54,405 nt of DNA from an uncultured Bacilli bacterium (GTDB lineage: Bacteria > Bacillota_I > Bacilli_A > RF39 > UBA660), in the NCBI GenBank assembly GCA_947628965.1, contig CANRBV010000004.1:1-54405 (forward strand), in the 5' to 3' direction. The position numbers and the translations under genes are program-made. Shown here one piece after another: positions 54,302 to 54,405 of the stretch (positions are counted from its first letter, which is position 1; the number at the start of each line of letters is the position of its first letter). The notes under the pieces are model-generated. The model did not search any database. It was given only the letters and a program-made list of their open reading frames with translations, and was not told the DNA's origin.

Positions 54302-54405
54302 AAATACGAAAAAACTTCGTATTTTTTTATTTTATAGGAAAGTTCTAAAAAAACAAAAAAATATCTTGAAGAACAATAGTTTGCTGTTGTATAATGATTT
54401 TACAC

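Noticed and set aside
54330-54405. Possible sigF/sigG promoter for a downstream sigG
   Set aside because: Only weak matches in AT-rich sequence, and the downstream gene is outside the window.

Overview
AT-rich chromosomal segment of a spore-forming, low-GC Firmicute. RF39-like Bacilli is an inference from gene content only. The backbone is housekeeping and sporulation: mraZ-rsmH-ftsL-pbpB-spoVD-mraY, lepA, hemW, Val T-box-HD-valS, CIRCE-hrcA-grpE-dnaK-pepF-dnaJ, rnhB, LTA synthase, topA, short ssb, lexA, a transketolase homologue, sirA, yneF, lon, and ftsA-ftsZ-spoIIGA-sigE. No rRNA, tRNA, transposase or CRISPR array was seen. Unusual elements: (1) A ~510-bp cassette occurs twice, 9456 bp apart (30857 and 40313). 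It holds a terminator, a 27-aa hydrophobic peptide gene with a sequestered SD and a convergent antisense promoter (type I toxin-antitoxin-like), an outward promoter, and a shared MNxFKENLPTKT leader. (2) Two paralogous SipW-signal, FGE/C-type-lectin-like surface proteins are each out of frame at a G10 tract just after that leader, and have DGR-VR-like C-termini. (3) A 3.7-copy 83-bp tandem repeat of the ftsA end plus the ftsZ RBS puts decoy MDGD-stop minigenes before ftsZ. (4) The transketolase homologue has lost most catalytic residues. (5) An unannotated 48-aa membrane protein occupies the yneA slot under SOS boxes. (6) Two unassigned tandem-repeat proteins have 30-aa and 34-aa units with variable positions.
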